A stretch of DNA of 64,000 nt from Escherichia phage LYE-01. The translations under genes were made by a program, and so were the position numbers. The DNA lies in the sequence record PQ303785.1, one strand, 5' to 3'. The notes below the pieces were generated by a model, which ran no database searches, was not told where the DNA came from, and worked only from the letters and a program-made list of their open reading frames with translations. Positions 19,620 through 29,217 of the stretch are shown one piece after another; positions within the stretch are counted from its first letter, which is position 1; each line of letters begins with the position of its first letter.

Positions 19620-20141
19620 ATGTTTATTTCAAGTGGAAGTGGTTTAATTCGTGTTGAATTTAAAAATGACATCTTCCTTATTCAAGGAGATGATATTATT
19701 AAAATGAGTTATGATGAAATCAAGAAAATTTGTCATGCTCTTGAAAGTCATGGAAAGGAAAATGCTACTATCGATATAGGTGATTTATGGGTAACGCTTT
19801 ATGAAGTATCCGAAGGATTTAACATTGAAGATGAAAACAACATCTTAGCTATTGATAAAAGAAGTGATTTGTTTGATGTGTTAAAAGTTTATGAACAGTC
19901 AAACGGTGGAAGAAAAGCTGTATTGATTTATCAAAAACCACATTCATGTGGAACTGCTTCAATCATTTCAAATATTGAAGATGAAACTGATACTTATATG
20001 TGTGTTTTGAAAGCTGGTGGTGACCGTCATCCGGATTTTATTTCTATTCGTCAAAACAATGGAGAAATTTCATTATCAAAATTAGAAGCTGAAGCTATGA
20101 TTAAGTATTTAACAACTGTTACACCTTCAATGAAAGGATAA
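19620..20141 (+). CDS. hypothetical protein (tandem paralog B)
   Basis: 173 aa; C-terminus EAEAMIKYLTTVTPSMKG. Confidence 0.5.
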   Translation: MFISSGSGLIRVEFKNDIFLIQGDDIIKMSYDEIKKICHALESHGKENATIDIGDLWVTLYEVSEGFNIEDENNILAIDKRSDLFDVLKVYEQSNGGRKAVLIYQKPHSCGTASIISNIEDETDTYMCVLKAGGDRHPDFISIRQNNGEISLSKLEAEAMIKYLTTVTPSMKG

Positions 20142-20143
20142 TT

Positions 20144-20608
20144 ATGATTATTAATGAAAACTCTTGGCATTATAAATTATTCAAAATGTTTAATGATGAA
20201 TGGAAACGACCTAAGACACTATGCGCGTATTTTTGGTCTATTGTTATCCCTACATTTTTCGTTTCTTTTTTCGGATGTACTATACTCGCAGGTCTAACTA
20301 TTATCTGCGCAGAAATCATGCAGAAATGGCTTATTTTTGGTAGTTTATGGACTCTTATTCCATCAGCATTTATACTTGCCATTTTGCTCGTTTTACTTAT
20401 TATCGGTTCATTTGTTATTCCTGCACAACTGCATGAAAAATATAAAGATTATAAATGGAAAAAGGATTATGCTTTACATGTAGAAAATATTGATAGGGCG
20501 TATAAAGGTTTACCACCTCCTATTCAGCCCAAGAAATCTATTATCGTCGAATTTTTAAAAGCCCGTAAAGCTAAAGTATGTCCTGTTATTGAATATAAGG
20601 CTGAATGA
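20144..20608 (+). CDS. membrane protein
   Basis: 154 aa with two to three hydrophobic helices. Confidence 0.5.
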   Translation: MIINENSWHYKLFKMFNDEWKRPKTLCAYFWSIVIPTFFVSFFGCTILAGLTIICAEIMQKWLIFGSLWTLIPSAFILAILLVLLIIGSFVIPAQLHEKYKDYKWKKDYALHVENIDRAYKGLPPPIQPKKSIIVEFLKARKAKVCPVIEYKAE

Positions 20609-21618
20609 TGAAAACAGTAATGAAAAGCTATTTTGGTAGTCATCTTTATGGAACTTCTACTCCAGAATCTGATGTAGATTTTAAAGAAATCTTTGTTCCT
20701 CTTGCTCGTGATATTCTTATCGGAAATGTTAAAGAGCATATGAGTAAAAACACTAACAACACATCATCTAAAAACACTAAAGATGATATTGACCATGAAC
20801 TATACAGTCTTAAATATTTCTTTAAATTAGCGGCAGATGGTGAAACTGTAGCATTGGATATGCTTCACACTCCACCTGAGCTAGTGGTTAAATCTGATTT
20901 GCCTGATGTATGGAAGTTTATTCAAGACAATCGTTCTCGTTTTTATACGACTAACATGAAATCCTATTTAGGATATGTCCGCAAGCAAGCTTCTAAATAT
21001 GGTGTTAAGGGTTCTCGTTTGGCTGCATTGCGTGATGTATTGAAAGTAGTTAATCAAATCCCTGAGCAATGGGTTGATTATCAAGAAGATGGTTCTATTA
21101 AGCAACGTCGCACTAAAGTTGAAGATATTAAGCATCGTCTTCCAGAGAACGAATTCTGCGAATGGGTATTCCATAATCATGAGAAAACAGGCCCGCAAAC
21201 GTTCTACACTGTGTTGGGTCGTAAATATCAGACAACACTTTCTCTTATTGAGCTTAAGCAGTCTTTGAATAAACTTGATGCCGAATACGGTGAACGCGCT
21301 CGTAAAGCTGAAGCGAATGAAGGCATTGATTGGAAAGCTCTAAGTCATGCTTGCCGTGGCGGGCTCCAACTATTGGAAATTTACAAAACTGGTGACTTGG
21401 TTTATCCACTCCAAGATGCTCCATTTATTCTCGACGTGAAGTTGGGTAAACATCCATTTAAAACTGTTCAAGAGTTTTTGGAAGATGTGGTCGATCAAGT
21501 AGAAGCAGCATCCATTGAAGCTTCTAAGAACGGTATGCAGCAAAAAGTAGACATGAGTTTCTGGGATGACTTCCTTGAGAGGGTTTATCTTGAAAACCAC
21601 CGAAGTTATTATAAATGA
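20605..21618 (+). CDS. Pol-beta-superfamily nucleotidyltransferase-like protein
   Basis: 337 aa; N-terminal YFGSHLYGTSTPESDVDF fits the GS-x(9-13)-DxD NTase signature, with a downstream DDIDHE acidic cluster. Confidence 0.55.
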   Translation: MMKTVMKSYFGSHLYGTSTPESDVDFKEIFVPLARDILIGNVKEHMSKNTNNTSSKNTKDDIDHELYSLKYFFKLAADGETVALDMLHTPPELVVKSDLPDVWKFIQDNRSRFYTTNMKSYLGYVRKQASKYGVKGSRLAALRDVLKVVNQIPEQWVDYQEDGSIKQRRTKVEDIKHRLPENEFCEWVFHNHEKTGPQTFYTVLGRKYQTTLSLIELKQSLNKLDAEYGERARKAEANEGIDWKALSHACRGGLQLLEIYKTGDLVYPLQDAPFILDVKLGKHPFKTVQEFLEDVVDQVEAASIEASKNGMQQKVDMSFWDDFLERVYLENHRSYYK

Positions 21619-21621
21619 TAA

Positions 21622-21646
21622 GGGAGCCTTCGGGCTCCCTTTTTTA
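21622..21646 (+). terminator. intrinsic terminator (UUCG tetraloop plus U-run)
   Basis: gggagcc-TTCG-ggctccc followed by TTTTTTA. Confidence 0.75.
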
Positions 21647-21733
21647 TTTCAAAAATTTTTCACAAAACTGTTTACAAGCATAAAGCTTTATGGTACTATA
21701 CAACTATCAACTGATACGGATTTGGAGAATAAA
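21645..21733 (+). repeat. promoter-leader cassette, copy 2
   Basis: TTTTTCACAAAACTGTTTACA ... GGTACTATACAACTATCAACTGATACGGATTTGGAGAATAAAATG. Confidence 0.6.
21670..21699 (+). promoter_or_regulatory. T4-type early promoter
   Basis: GTTTAC, 18 nt, TACTAT. Confidence 0.55.
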
Positions 21734-22702
21734 ATGAAAACTGTAACTATCAATAAGGGTATCTACTTCGGTAAAGAAATCTCTGGAACTTTTGAGCTCT
21801 TAGGCGAATGGTTCCCAGATAATGCTCCGGTAGATGCACAAGGAGATGGTAAAGTTTTTGTTGAAATTGACGGTAAACGTCGTGGTGTTTGGGTTTACAA
21901 ATCAGATATTTCATATGATGGTGTAAAAGTTGAAGAAGTTAAAGAATCATATGAAGATATGAAAACCCGCATTAATAAAAGATTTAATGTTATGGGAATG
22001 ATGACGAATGGTATTATTAATGGAAATATTCGTTCATTAATTATCTCTGGCGCAGCAGGTATTGGTAAAACGTATTCTTTAGATAAAGCTTTAAATAAAG
22101 CAAATGATAATGGATACATTGAATATAAAAGCATTAATGGTAAAATCTCTGGTATTGGTCTTTATGAGCAGCTTTGGAATAATCGTGAAGAGAATTCTGT
22201 CCTTTTGATTGATGATGTGGATGTTTTCTCTGATATGGACATTCTTAATCTTCTGAAAGCTGCTCTGGACACTGGAGAGACCCGTAAAGTCTGCTGGAGC
22301 ACTGCATCTTCTTACTTAGAAGAAAAAGGCATTGACCGTGAGTTTGAATTTAAAGGAACGATTGTTTTTATCACAAACGTTGACATTGACCGCGAATTAG
22401 ACCGCGGTACTAAACTTGCTCCACATTTACAAGCATTAGTGTCCCGCTCAGTTTATTTAGATTTGGGTGTTCACACCAATGAAGAAATTATGGTCAGGGT
22501 TGAAGATGTTATTCTTTCAACTGACATGATGCAAAAGCGCGGTCTTTCTGATGAAGAAACTTATAAAGCATTATCATGGATGAAAGTTAATGTTAATCGT
22601 TTACGCAATGTTTCACTGCGTACTGCTCTTTATCTTGCTGACTTTATTATGACCGACAAAAACGGTTGGGAAGAAATTGCTGAGGTTACTCTTCTGAAAT
22701 AA
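21734..22702 (+). CDS. AAA+/P-loop ATPase
   Basis: ATG at 21734 after GGAGAATAAA; Walker A ISGAAGIGKTYS, Walker B VLLIDDVD, with a roughly 90-aa beta-rich N-terminal domain. Confidence 0.6.
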   Translation: MKTVTINKGIYFGKEISGTFELLGEWFPDNAPVDAQGDGKVFVEIDGKRRGVWVYKSDISYDGVKVEEVKESYEDMKTRINKRFNVMGMMTNGIINGNIRSLIISGAAGIGKTYSLDKALNKANDNGYIEYKSINGKISGIGLYEQLWNNREENSVLLIDDVDVFSDMDILNLLKAALDTGETRKVCWSTASSYLEEKGIDREFEFKGTIVFITNVDIDRELDRGTKLAPHLQALVSRSVYLDLGVHTNEEIMVRVEDVILSTDMMQKRGLSDEETYKALSWMKVNVNRLRNVSLRTALYLADFIMTDKNGWEEIAEVTLLK

Positions 22703-22803
22703 TTCATAAGAGGACTTCTATGACAAAAAGGCAGTTCAGAAATAGATTATATGGACTGCCATTAAAAAGATGACTAGAATTAAACTGGTAAATGGAGGTA
22801 GTG

Positions 22804-23106
22804 ATGTTATACTCAAAGGCTCGTGAAATTTACGAAACTAAGATTAAAGAAGCTGTATTTCAATTTGCAACGACAATGCGATGGACAAATGACTGGGAGT
22901 ATTCAAAAAATCATAAGAAGCCCATGGTGACAAGAAAGGCTCATATGTTAGTGTTAATAGACCGTGAGCAGATTAAAGCCCGAGAAGCCCTCCAGAATCA
23001 TAAAAAGGCTGCCTTTGAATGGTTTATGGATAACACTGCTCCTGAGACTAAGAAAGCAGTGAGCGCATGGTTCAGTGGAAAAAATTGTGAAAGAAGTTTC
23101 TTTTAG
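22804..23106 (+). CDS. hypothetical protein
   Basis: ATG at 22804 after GGAGG; about 100 aa. Confidence 0.45.
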   Translation: MLYSKAREIYETKIKEAVFQFATTMRWTNDWEYSKNHKKPMVTRKAHMLVLIDREQIKAREALQNHKKAAFEWFMDNTAPETKKAVSAWFSGKNCERSFF

Positions 23107-23165
23107 TGGTTTACAAGACTGCTCCTCTGTGGTACTATACAACTATCAACTACGGAGGAACAAAA
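23100..23165 (+). repeat. promoter-leader cassette, copy 3
   Basis: GTTTACAAG ... GTGGTACTATACAACTATCAACTACGGAGGAACAAAAATG. Confidence 0.55.
23109..23138 (+). promoter_or_regulatory. T4-type early promoter
   Basis: GTTTAC, 18 nt, TACTAT. Confidence 0.55.
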
Positions 23166-23693
23166 ATGAACGCTAAAGATATTTTCAACTTGGTAAATTA
23201 CAACGATGGTAAATTTAAATCTGAAGCACAGAGTAAGTTCTTTAACGACATCTCAATCGGAGGTGAAATCACAGTTGATGGAGGACAAATTTACAAATCC
23301 CGCTGGAATTGGATCGTTATTATCGATGAGATTGGTATTGTAGAAATTTACAAGAATACGAATAAAAATCGTACATTACACTGGTCTCGTGATACTAACG
23401 AACAGTACAAAAAGGATAAAGCATCTAAAATGTCTCGTGTAACTCAAGAAGATATTGAGTTCATCAAGAAAGATATTTTAATGTATGATAACTTAATTGC
23501 TGAAGAGCAAGCTGTTATTGATAAATTTGACGAAATTAAAGCTTCTCGTGAAATTCCTGATTTTATGAAAGAATCAGTAAATGAACGATACTCTCTCATT
23601 TCAGAGCGTATTGAAACTTACAAAAAGCAAAGAGCTGAACGCCAAAATACTCTTCGGAAGTTTGAAGAACGGTTAAAGACGGTACTCGCATAA
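23166..23693 (+). CDS. hypothetical protein
   Basis: 175 aa with charged helical C-terminal half. Confidence 0.5.
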   Translation: MNAKDIFNLVNYNDGKFKSEAQSKFFNDISIGGEITVDGGQIYKSRWNWIVIIDEIGIVEIYKNTNKNRTLHWSRDTNEQYKKDKASKMSRVTQEDIEFIKKDILMYDNLIAEEQAVIDKFDEIKASREIPDFMKESVNERYSLISERIETYKKQRAERQNTLRKFEERLKTVLA

Positions 23694-23747
23694 CCGCTTT
23701 ATACCAAGGATGGTATAATGGTTCTAAGCCCTTTAATTGAGATTATT

Positions 23748-24155
23748 ATGAAACAGTTGATAATTAAAAGATTGAATTTATTGATATGTTGTTTATGTAT
23801 AGTAGTTGCATATGGTTATTACGCAATTAATGATTATATGCACTATAAAGATTATGATGTTACTGTAGTTAATACCATTACAGGAACACAAGGAAAAGGG
23901 TCTAGTTTATCGTTTATTGCCGTATATGAGCTCAAAGACGGTTATAGATTTAGTGAATATATTTCCCCAGAGATGTATTCTTCAATAGAAAAAGGTGATA
24001 ATATTACTGTAAGTTTACGTCCTTTCGACGTAAAACAGACACTGTTTGATAATATTGTTTGGTTCTTTGGAATGGTATTAGTTCAATCTGTGTGCGGTGC
24101 TTATGTAGTCTGTTCAATCATATTCTGTGTATTTAGTAAAATTGAAATTGAGTGA
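23748..24155 (+). CDS. membrane protein
   Basis: ATG at 23748 (track ORF from 23718); hydrophobic segments at both ends; TGGTATAAT -10-like element upstream. Confidence 0.5.
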   Translation: MKQLIIKRLNLLICCLCIVVAYGYYAINDYMHYKDYDVTVVNTITGTQGKGSSLSFIAVYELKDGYRFSEYISPEMYSSIEKGDNITVSLRPFDVKQTLFDNIVWFFGMVLVQSVCGAYVVCSIIFCVFSKIEIE

Positions 24156-24162
24156 GGAAAAT

Positions 24163-25053
24163 ATGTCAGTCGTAATTAATAATGTCAATGCAGTAATTAA
24201 ATCTTTAGTTAATAAAAAAATGATGAATGAATGGACTGTATTTCGTCGTGGAGAGCCAGATAAATTTTTTCATAGATTTAACCCAACTTTGGATTTGAAT
24301 GTTATTGACAGAGATGTTCATGCCGAAATTTTAGATAAGTTTAAAGTTGATATTGGCTTTGGATTAGAAAAACATTTACAGCGAACAAATGGGTCTGGAA
24401 TGAGTTTATCTAATCGCATTATGAAAGCCCTTAATAAAATTGGAGCGTTGTCTCGTATTAATGCGAGTGAAATCCTTCGTAATTATAATAAAGGATATGA
24501 CCTTTATGGTCGACTAATGCCGAAATTATCATTCGATCAAATGATTGCGGATTTGTGGGAAAATCAACGACGATTATTAGCATTAGGCGCTCGATTAGCT
24601 AAAGGTCTAGATAAACAAATGATTTTTAAGACCAATAATACAGAAGACCTTAAATGCTTTAAATTTAGTATTCGCAGAGATGATTATTACATCAGAGCTC
24701 GCTCTACAGATTATGTTAATATGGGGCATCATCTCTGTTTAGCTTTTGAAGTTTTAAAAGAAGCTGGAACATTAGAATATTCATCTGGTGCAAAATGCCC
24801 TATCGGTTCAAGTTGTATTTTAATTTATCGCCCGAATGAATCCAGTTCAACTACATTGCCTACGAAACCTGTGCCAGTTCGTAGTAACGAAAAACATTCT
24901 GAACAAATTGATTATTTTAATAAGCAGATTGAAGAGCTGAATATTTCTATTCAACAATATGACGATGAAATTTTCAGACTATCTGGATTGAGTAGTAAAG
25001 CTAAATCTGAGCGTGAAAAGTTAATTAAAATTGTCGATTTACTTAAATCTTAA
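24163..25053 (+). CDS. hypothetical protein with C-terminal coiled coil (tandem set 1 of 3)
   Basis: 296 aa; Pro-rich linker LPTKPVPV then heptad-rich tail. Confidence 0.5.
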   Translation: MSVVINNVNAVIKSLVNKKMMNEWTVFRRGEPDKFFHRFNPTLDLNVIDRDVHAEILDKFKVDIGFGLEKHLQRTNGSGMSLSNRIMKALNKIGALSRINASEILRNYNKGYDLYGRLMPKLSFDQMIADLWENQRRLLALGARLAKGLDKQMIFKTNNTEDLKCFKFSIRRDDYYIRARSTDYVNMGHHLCLAFEVLKEAGTLEYSSGAKCPIGSSCILIYRPNESSSTTLPTKPVPVRSNEKHSEQIDYFNKQIEELNISIQQYDDEIFRLSGLSSKAKSEREKLIKIVDLLKS

Positions 25054-25061
25054 GGAACACT

Positions 25062-26090
25062 ATGAAAACTCGTTCTCAAATTGAAGATATGGTTCGTAAT
25101 GCCAGCTATACCCGTGATGTTATGACATTTTTGTGTGAAAATAATTTAGACCCTGATAAAGTTAATCGTGTTATTCATCACTTTAAGTATACGAATAGCA
25201 GTGAATGGGTGCGTAATTTTAGTAAAGCAGGGTATATTACACAAATGACGGCTCGTGAGCAGCTCACCGATTTCTGTAAAACTATTGATTATAAAAATCC
25301 TCTATTTGTTCAAGGCGTCGGTCAAAGTAAGGTCGATTTATCATCTGGATTTTTCAATCCAAATCATTATCGTATTGAATGGAGATTTATTGCTCTGTTC
25401 CGTAGACAATTAAAGCAAATTTTATCAACTGCGAGTCGATTAAAAGGTTCTGATATTAACTTAAAGAATCTGAAATTTGATGGTTATACTCTTCAGATGG
25501 AAGTAAGACCATTAAAAGAAAATAATAGAACTGCACGAATTAGCTTTAAACCTAATACAAAAAATTCTCTTTCAATTTGCGAATGCCTTAAATCGCAGTT
25601 AACAGAAGCATTTAAGTATATGGATGTTGTTGCCGCTGTTCAGTCTAAGATTTTACCTCATTTTGAGCGAAATTGGGAACATACAACAACATATGAACTT
25701 GATATGATCGTTTCATTTAAATACGATTTTTTAAGAAAGGACGAAGTCACGCAAGAGAAAAAGCAGGAAGTGCAAGATAACTTAAATTTAAATTTATCCA
25801 ATTACTCATCAAACGATCCTAAATTTTGGATGTATAGTTCAGGTAATAAGGATGCATGGAAATTCAATAAAGTGAATTTTCTTCCTATTGAAAATCCGAG
25901 TCTTAAACCTGTTGAAAAATGGCATGCAGATGCGATTGAGAAGTCTATCAAGGCAGTAGATGATGAACTCGTTAAAGCAACTAATGAAGTGTTAGAAGCT
26001 GAAAAGATGTTAGAAAAAGCTCAAGAAAAAGTCAAAAATCTCACGAAGCAACGTTCTAAACTGAACAGTGCACTAAATGCACTGAACTAG
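25062..26090 (+). CDS. hypothetical protein with C-terminal coiled coil (tandem set 2 of 3)
   Basis: 342 aa; linker LPIENPSLKPVEK then heptad-rich tail. Confidence 0.5.
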   Translation: MKTRSQIEDMVRNASYTRDVMTFLCENNLDPDKVNRVIHHFKYTNSSEWVRNFSKAGYITQMTAREQLTDFCKTIDYKNPLFVQGVGQSKVDLSSGFFNPNHYRIEWRFIALFRRQLKQILSTASRLKGSDINLKNLKFDGYTLQMEVRPLKENNRTARISFKPNTKNSLSICECLKSQLTEAFKYMDVVAAVQSKILPHFERNWEHTTTYELDMIVSFKYDFLRKDEVTQEKKQEVQDNLNLNLSNYSSNDPKFWMYSSGNKDAWKFNKVNFLPIENPSLKPVEKWHADAIEKSIKAVDDELVKATNEVLEAEKMLEKAQEKVKNLTKQRSKLNSALNALN

Positions 26091-26120
26091 TTTACTTTAC
26101 CACAAGGATGTGGTATAATG
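26091..26120 (+). promoter_or_regulatory. T4-type early promoter
   Basis: GTTTAC, 18 nt, TATAAT. Confidence 0.55.
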
Positions 26121-26147
26121 TTCTTACTTTCTACTGAGGAGATTAAT

Positions 26148-27074
26148 ATGACTCGTAAACATTATATTGATTATTTTGACAGTCTTATTACTAAACATCG
26201 TAATTATCAGATCGGGCACAGAGCAATAATCAATAATATTCTTCGTGATTTCCTTCAATATGTTGGCCAGGAAAATCATATCTGTAAAGATACTCAAAAC
26301 GCTTATTCTCATTCGTTAGGCAATTTGCTTGAATGGTTTAAACGTTCTCGTATGTTATCTTCTACTGTAGCTCGCGATAACATTGAAAACTTTATGAAGC
26401 CGAGCTTCATTAAATCTGCGACATCTATAACCGATTTGGTTGAATTTACTATTATTAACGATGTTAAAAAGACCCATTTAGCTGATTGGTTATCTACCAT
26501 TCCTGAAACTAAATTTGCTGATAAATTTGCTTGTCAATTCAATGACCAAGTGAATATGCTTTTTAAGCATGCTCGTAAACTATTTACCGCGGGCGATGAC
26601 CGTACAAATACAGTTCATGTTAAGGACTGGGTTATTGCTGATGAAGTAACACACAAGCCAGGTGGTTCATCAGTATTAATTAATATCCAGGTTCCTTATT
26701 ATTACTCACGTAATCTCGGCACCATGAACGCTAGAGAAATTAATAAGCACAACAAAACTATTCGTTCGTTGTCTTATAAACTCCGCATGATGTTAAAAAT
26801 TATGGACGTAGTAGAAATGTATGACGAAACCGAAGATAATGGTTCAATGTTATACAGTTCACGCATTCTAATTAAACTGAAGAACCCTAATACATATAAG
26901 CCAGTTGTAAAAGAACCTAAAGTAGAAAAGGTTGATAACCTGAGCGAAGAACGCGAATATCTCAATGCTCGTTTGATTGAAGTTGAAGCCCAGATTGCCG
27001 AACACACTAAATTGTTAAAAGCTCTTAATGCAAAAGCAAATGGTTTACGTAATGCTATTGAGGTACTGAAATGA
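26148..27074 (+). CDS. hypothetical protein with C-terminal coiled coil (tandem set 3 of 3)
   Basis: 308 aa from the internal Met of track ORF 26118..27074; linker KPVVKEPKVEK then heptad-rich tail. Confidence 0.5.
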   Translation: MTRKHYIDYFDSLITKHRNYQIGHRAIINNILRDFLQYVGQENHICKDTQNAYSHSLGNLLEWFKRSRMLSSTVARDNIENFMKPSFIKSATSITDLVEFTIINDVKKTHLADWLSTIPETKFADKFACQFNDQVNMLFKHARKLFTAGDDRTNTVHVKDWVIADEVTHKPGGSSVLINIQVPYYYSRNLGTMNAREINKHNKTIRSLSYKLRMMLKIMDVVEMYDETEDNGSMLYSSRILIKLKNPNTYKPVVKEPKVEKVDNLSEEREYLNARLIEVEAQIAEHTKLLKALNAKANGLRNAIEVLK

Positions 27075-27388
27075 AAAAGCGCTTATTAGAAGATATTGCA
27101 GCTTCAAGTAATTCCAGTCTAATTAAAATTATTATGGCTGGTGAAGAAGACGATCTGGAAATGCGTGGAAAGATTCATGGCTGTGACGATCTAGACTTTA
27201 AACCTCCTGCTTGGGATGCCATTATGGTTATGGTTGAACGCCGCGAAAGGGCTTCTAAGAATGTTCCGAACTGCCCAAAATGCGGTACTGAACAGGTCCA
27301 ATTGATTAACTGGCGTAAACCGGAACTTGAATATAAATGCCGTCATTGCAAACACCGATTTGAGAGAGAAGAAAATGACCAAGCGTAA
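27071..27388 (+). CDS. zinc-ribbon protein
   Basis: 105 aa with CPKCG ... CRHCKH. Confidence 0.5.
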   Translation: MKKRLLEDIAASSNSSLIKIIMAGEEDDLEMRGKIHGCDDLDFKPPAWDAIMVMVERRERASKNVPNCPKCGTEQVQLINWRKPELEYKCRHCKHRFEREENDQA

Positions 27389-27617
27389 AGAATATATGGA
27401 GATTGCTGAAAAAGCAGTCCGTGAATTAGCAATAGCTTATTATAATGAACACGGTAAATTTCCTGATAGATATAGCGTTCTTAAATCTGCTTTAACTCGT
27501 TCATATAAAAATATGCTATCAGAAGTAAGTGATATTATATACAAACATAAAGAACAAACGGGCCAAAGTCTTGATTACGACGAGACTTTTAAACAAGTAC
27601 TAGGAATTAAGGAATAA
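27375..27617 (+). CDS. hypothetical protein
   Basis: 80 aa from ATG at 27375. Confidence 0.45.
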   Translation: MTKRKEYMEIAEKAVRELAIAYYNEHGKFPDRYSVLKSALTRSYKNMLSEVSDIIYKHKEQTGQSLDYDETFKQVLGIKE

Positions 27618-27618
27618 T

Positions 27619-27882
27619 ATGTTTAAAGTATATGGTTATGATAGCAACATCCATAAATGTGTATATTGTGATAATGCAAAACGTCTTTTGACTGTGAAGA
27701 AACAGCCGTTTGAATTTATCAACATTATGCCGGAAAAAGGTGTTTTTGATGATGAGAAAATCGCTGAGCTTCTGACTAAACTTGGTCGTGATACTCAAAT
27801 TGGACTGACGATGCCACAAGTATTTGCTCCTGACGGAAGTCATATTGGTGGATTTGACCAATTGCGGGAATACTTTAAATGA
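27619..27882 (+). CDS. nrdC: thioredoxin/glutaredoxin NrdC
   Basis: 87 aa with CVYC redox motif; size matches T4 NrdC. Confidence 0.9.
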   Translation: MFKVYGYDSNIHKCVYCDNAKRLLTVKKQPFEFINIMPEKGVFDDEKIAELLTKLGRDTQIGLTMPQVFAPDGSHIGGFDQLREYFK

Positions 27883-28094
27883 TGCTCGAAGGAACTGATT
27901 ATATCCATGACTACCGCGGAAGCGCGGTATATGTGGGTGATGAGGTTGCAGTTTACTATGGGTATGGAACTTTGATGACAGCAAAGGTTATTCAAATTAA
28001 AAATAGCCGCGCTAAACTCGAAGTTTATTATTCTAATGGTGAAAAGTCTATTTCTAAATGGAAATACGGCGATTGTATGGTCAAATTGGGGTAA
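27879..28094 (+). CDS. hypothetical protein
   Basis: 71-aa ORF. Confidence 0.45.
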   Translation: MMLEGTDYIHDYRGSAVYVGDEVAVYYGYGTLMTAKVIQIKNSRAKLEVYYSNGEKSISKWKYGDCMVKLG

Positions 28095-28096
28095 AT

Positions 28097-28267
28097 ATGA
28101 TTTATGATATTAGTGCATCAAGAACTCCGTCAATGGTTACTATTCCTGCTGAAGAACTAGATCGTCTTCAGAAAATTGAAGAACTTCTTTGGGAAATTGA
28201 ATCTGATTTGCCATCAGGATTAGAATCCTGGATTGATTATGAAGAACTTAATAAATTGCGAAATTAA
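28097..28267 (+). CDS. hypothetical small acidic protein
   Basis: 56 aa from ATG at 28097. Confidence 0.4.
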   Translation: MIYDISASRTPSMVTIPAEELDRLQKIEELLWEIESDLPSGLESWIDYEELNKLRN

Positions 28268-28277
28268 GTGGTGACAA

Positions 28278-28598
28278 ATGAATACTGAAAATAAATTAGA
28301 TGTTGATGCAGTTCTGAGCGAAATAATCGAAGACCATGATGCATTTTCTGAAAATTATGATTTCGATTTTTCGGATTATCTTAAACCTATCGAAATAGAA
28401 GACTGGGTGCAAGACGGTAAATGTCAATATCGTCAGTGTGTTTATTTTAGTCCAAAACATAATGTACATGTTTCCGTAAATGAATGCCGTTCAGGTTCTT
28501 ATCATTCTGACTGGTATTATGCAGTTCCTACTGTTGAACTAGTCGAACCTCGAGAACGTGTAGTAACTCAGACAATACGAGAATGGATTACGCTATAA
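28278..28598 (+). CDS. hypothetical protein
   Basis: 106-aa ORF. Confidence 0.5.
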   Translation: MNTENKLDVDAVLSEIIEDHDAFSENYDFDFSDYLKPIEIEDWVQDGKCQYRQCVYFSPKHNVHVSVNECRSGSYHSDWYYAVPTVELVEPRERVVTQTIREWITL

Positions 28599-28721
28599 AA
28601 CCCTGGTGGGCGGCTAGATGGGAAACTGTAGAGCCAGAGCCGGAAGAACCGGTTTACACTGATGAAGAAACAGTATATAATGAACCAACGATAAACGACT
28701 TAATTGATATGGAGATGGGAT

Positions 28722-29168
28722 ATGATTGCAGTAGATAAGTGGTTTAGAATTAATCGTGCTGATAAAGAATTATGTAATTACTGGCCGGAACTTAGTGCAG
28801 GTACTGTCTTTAAAGTTCGTGAACTTGTAAAAGAATGTGAAGATGACATAGAACCTGATACTGGAATTATTGAAATTGAACTTTCTGATGGAAAGATTAT
28901 TAACATCTATGATAAGCCAATTACATATTGGTGCTTGTGGAATACTGAATCAGCAGAAAATGGTGAAATTGAAGAAGTTGTAGAACGAACTAGTCAAGTT
29001 GTTCGGAAGCCTGAATCTGCTTTTCAAGGTGAACGCATTTCATATGCATTAGCTAAATTAGCTGCACAAGAAAATAATGATGGTTATGAAGGTAACCTGA
29101 TGCAAGCTGCGGCAGAATATATTGAATGGCTTGAAACTCAAAATTCTTTTTCTGACCGAGCGTTTTAA
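28722..29168 (+). CDS. hypothetical protein (pin/49.x region)
   Basis: 148 aa from ATG at 28722 after GGAG; identity with T4 pin not verifiable. Confidence 0.45.
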   Translation: MIAVDKWFRINRADKELCNYWPELSAGTVFKVRELVKECEDDIEPDTGIIEIELSDGKIINIYDKPITYWCLWNTESAENGEIEEVVERTSQVVRKPESAFQGERISYALAKLAAQENNDGYEGNLMQAAAEYIEWLETQNSFSDRAF

Positions 29169-29217
29169 TACTTGAAAATAATAAATACCCTTATCTATTT
29201 AAGGTAAGGGTTTTATT

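Noticed and set aside
28583-28738. 51-aa acidic ORF bridging ORFs 28278..28598 and 28722..29168
   Set aside because: It overlaps both neighbours in a third frame with no clear SD, so the evidence is insufficient.
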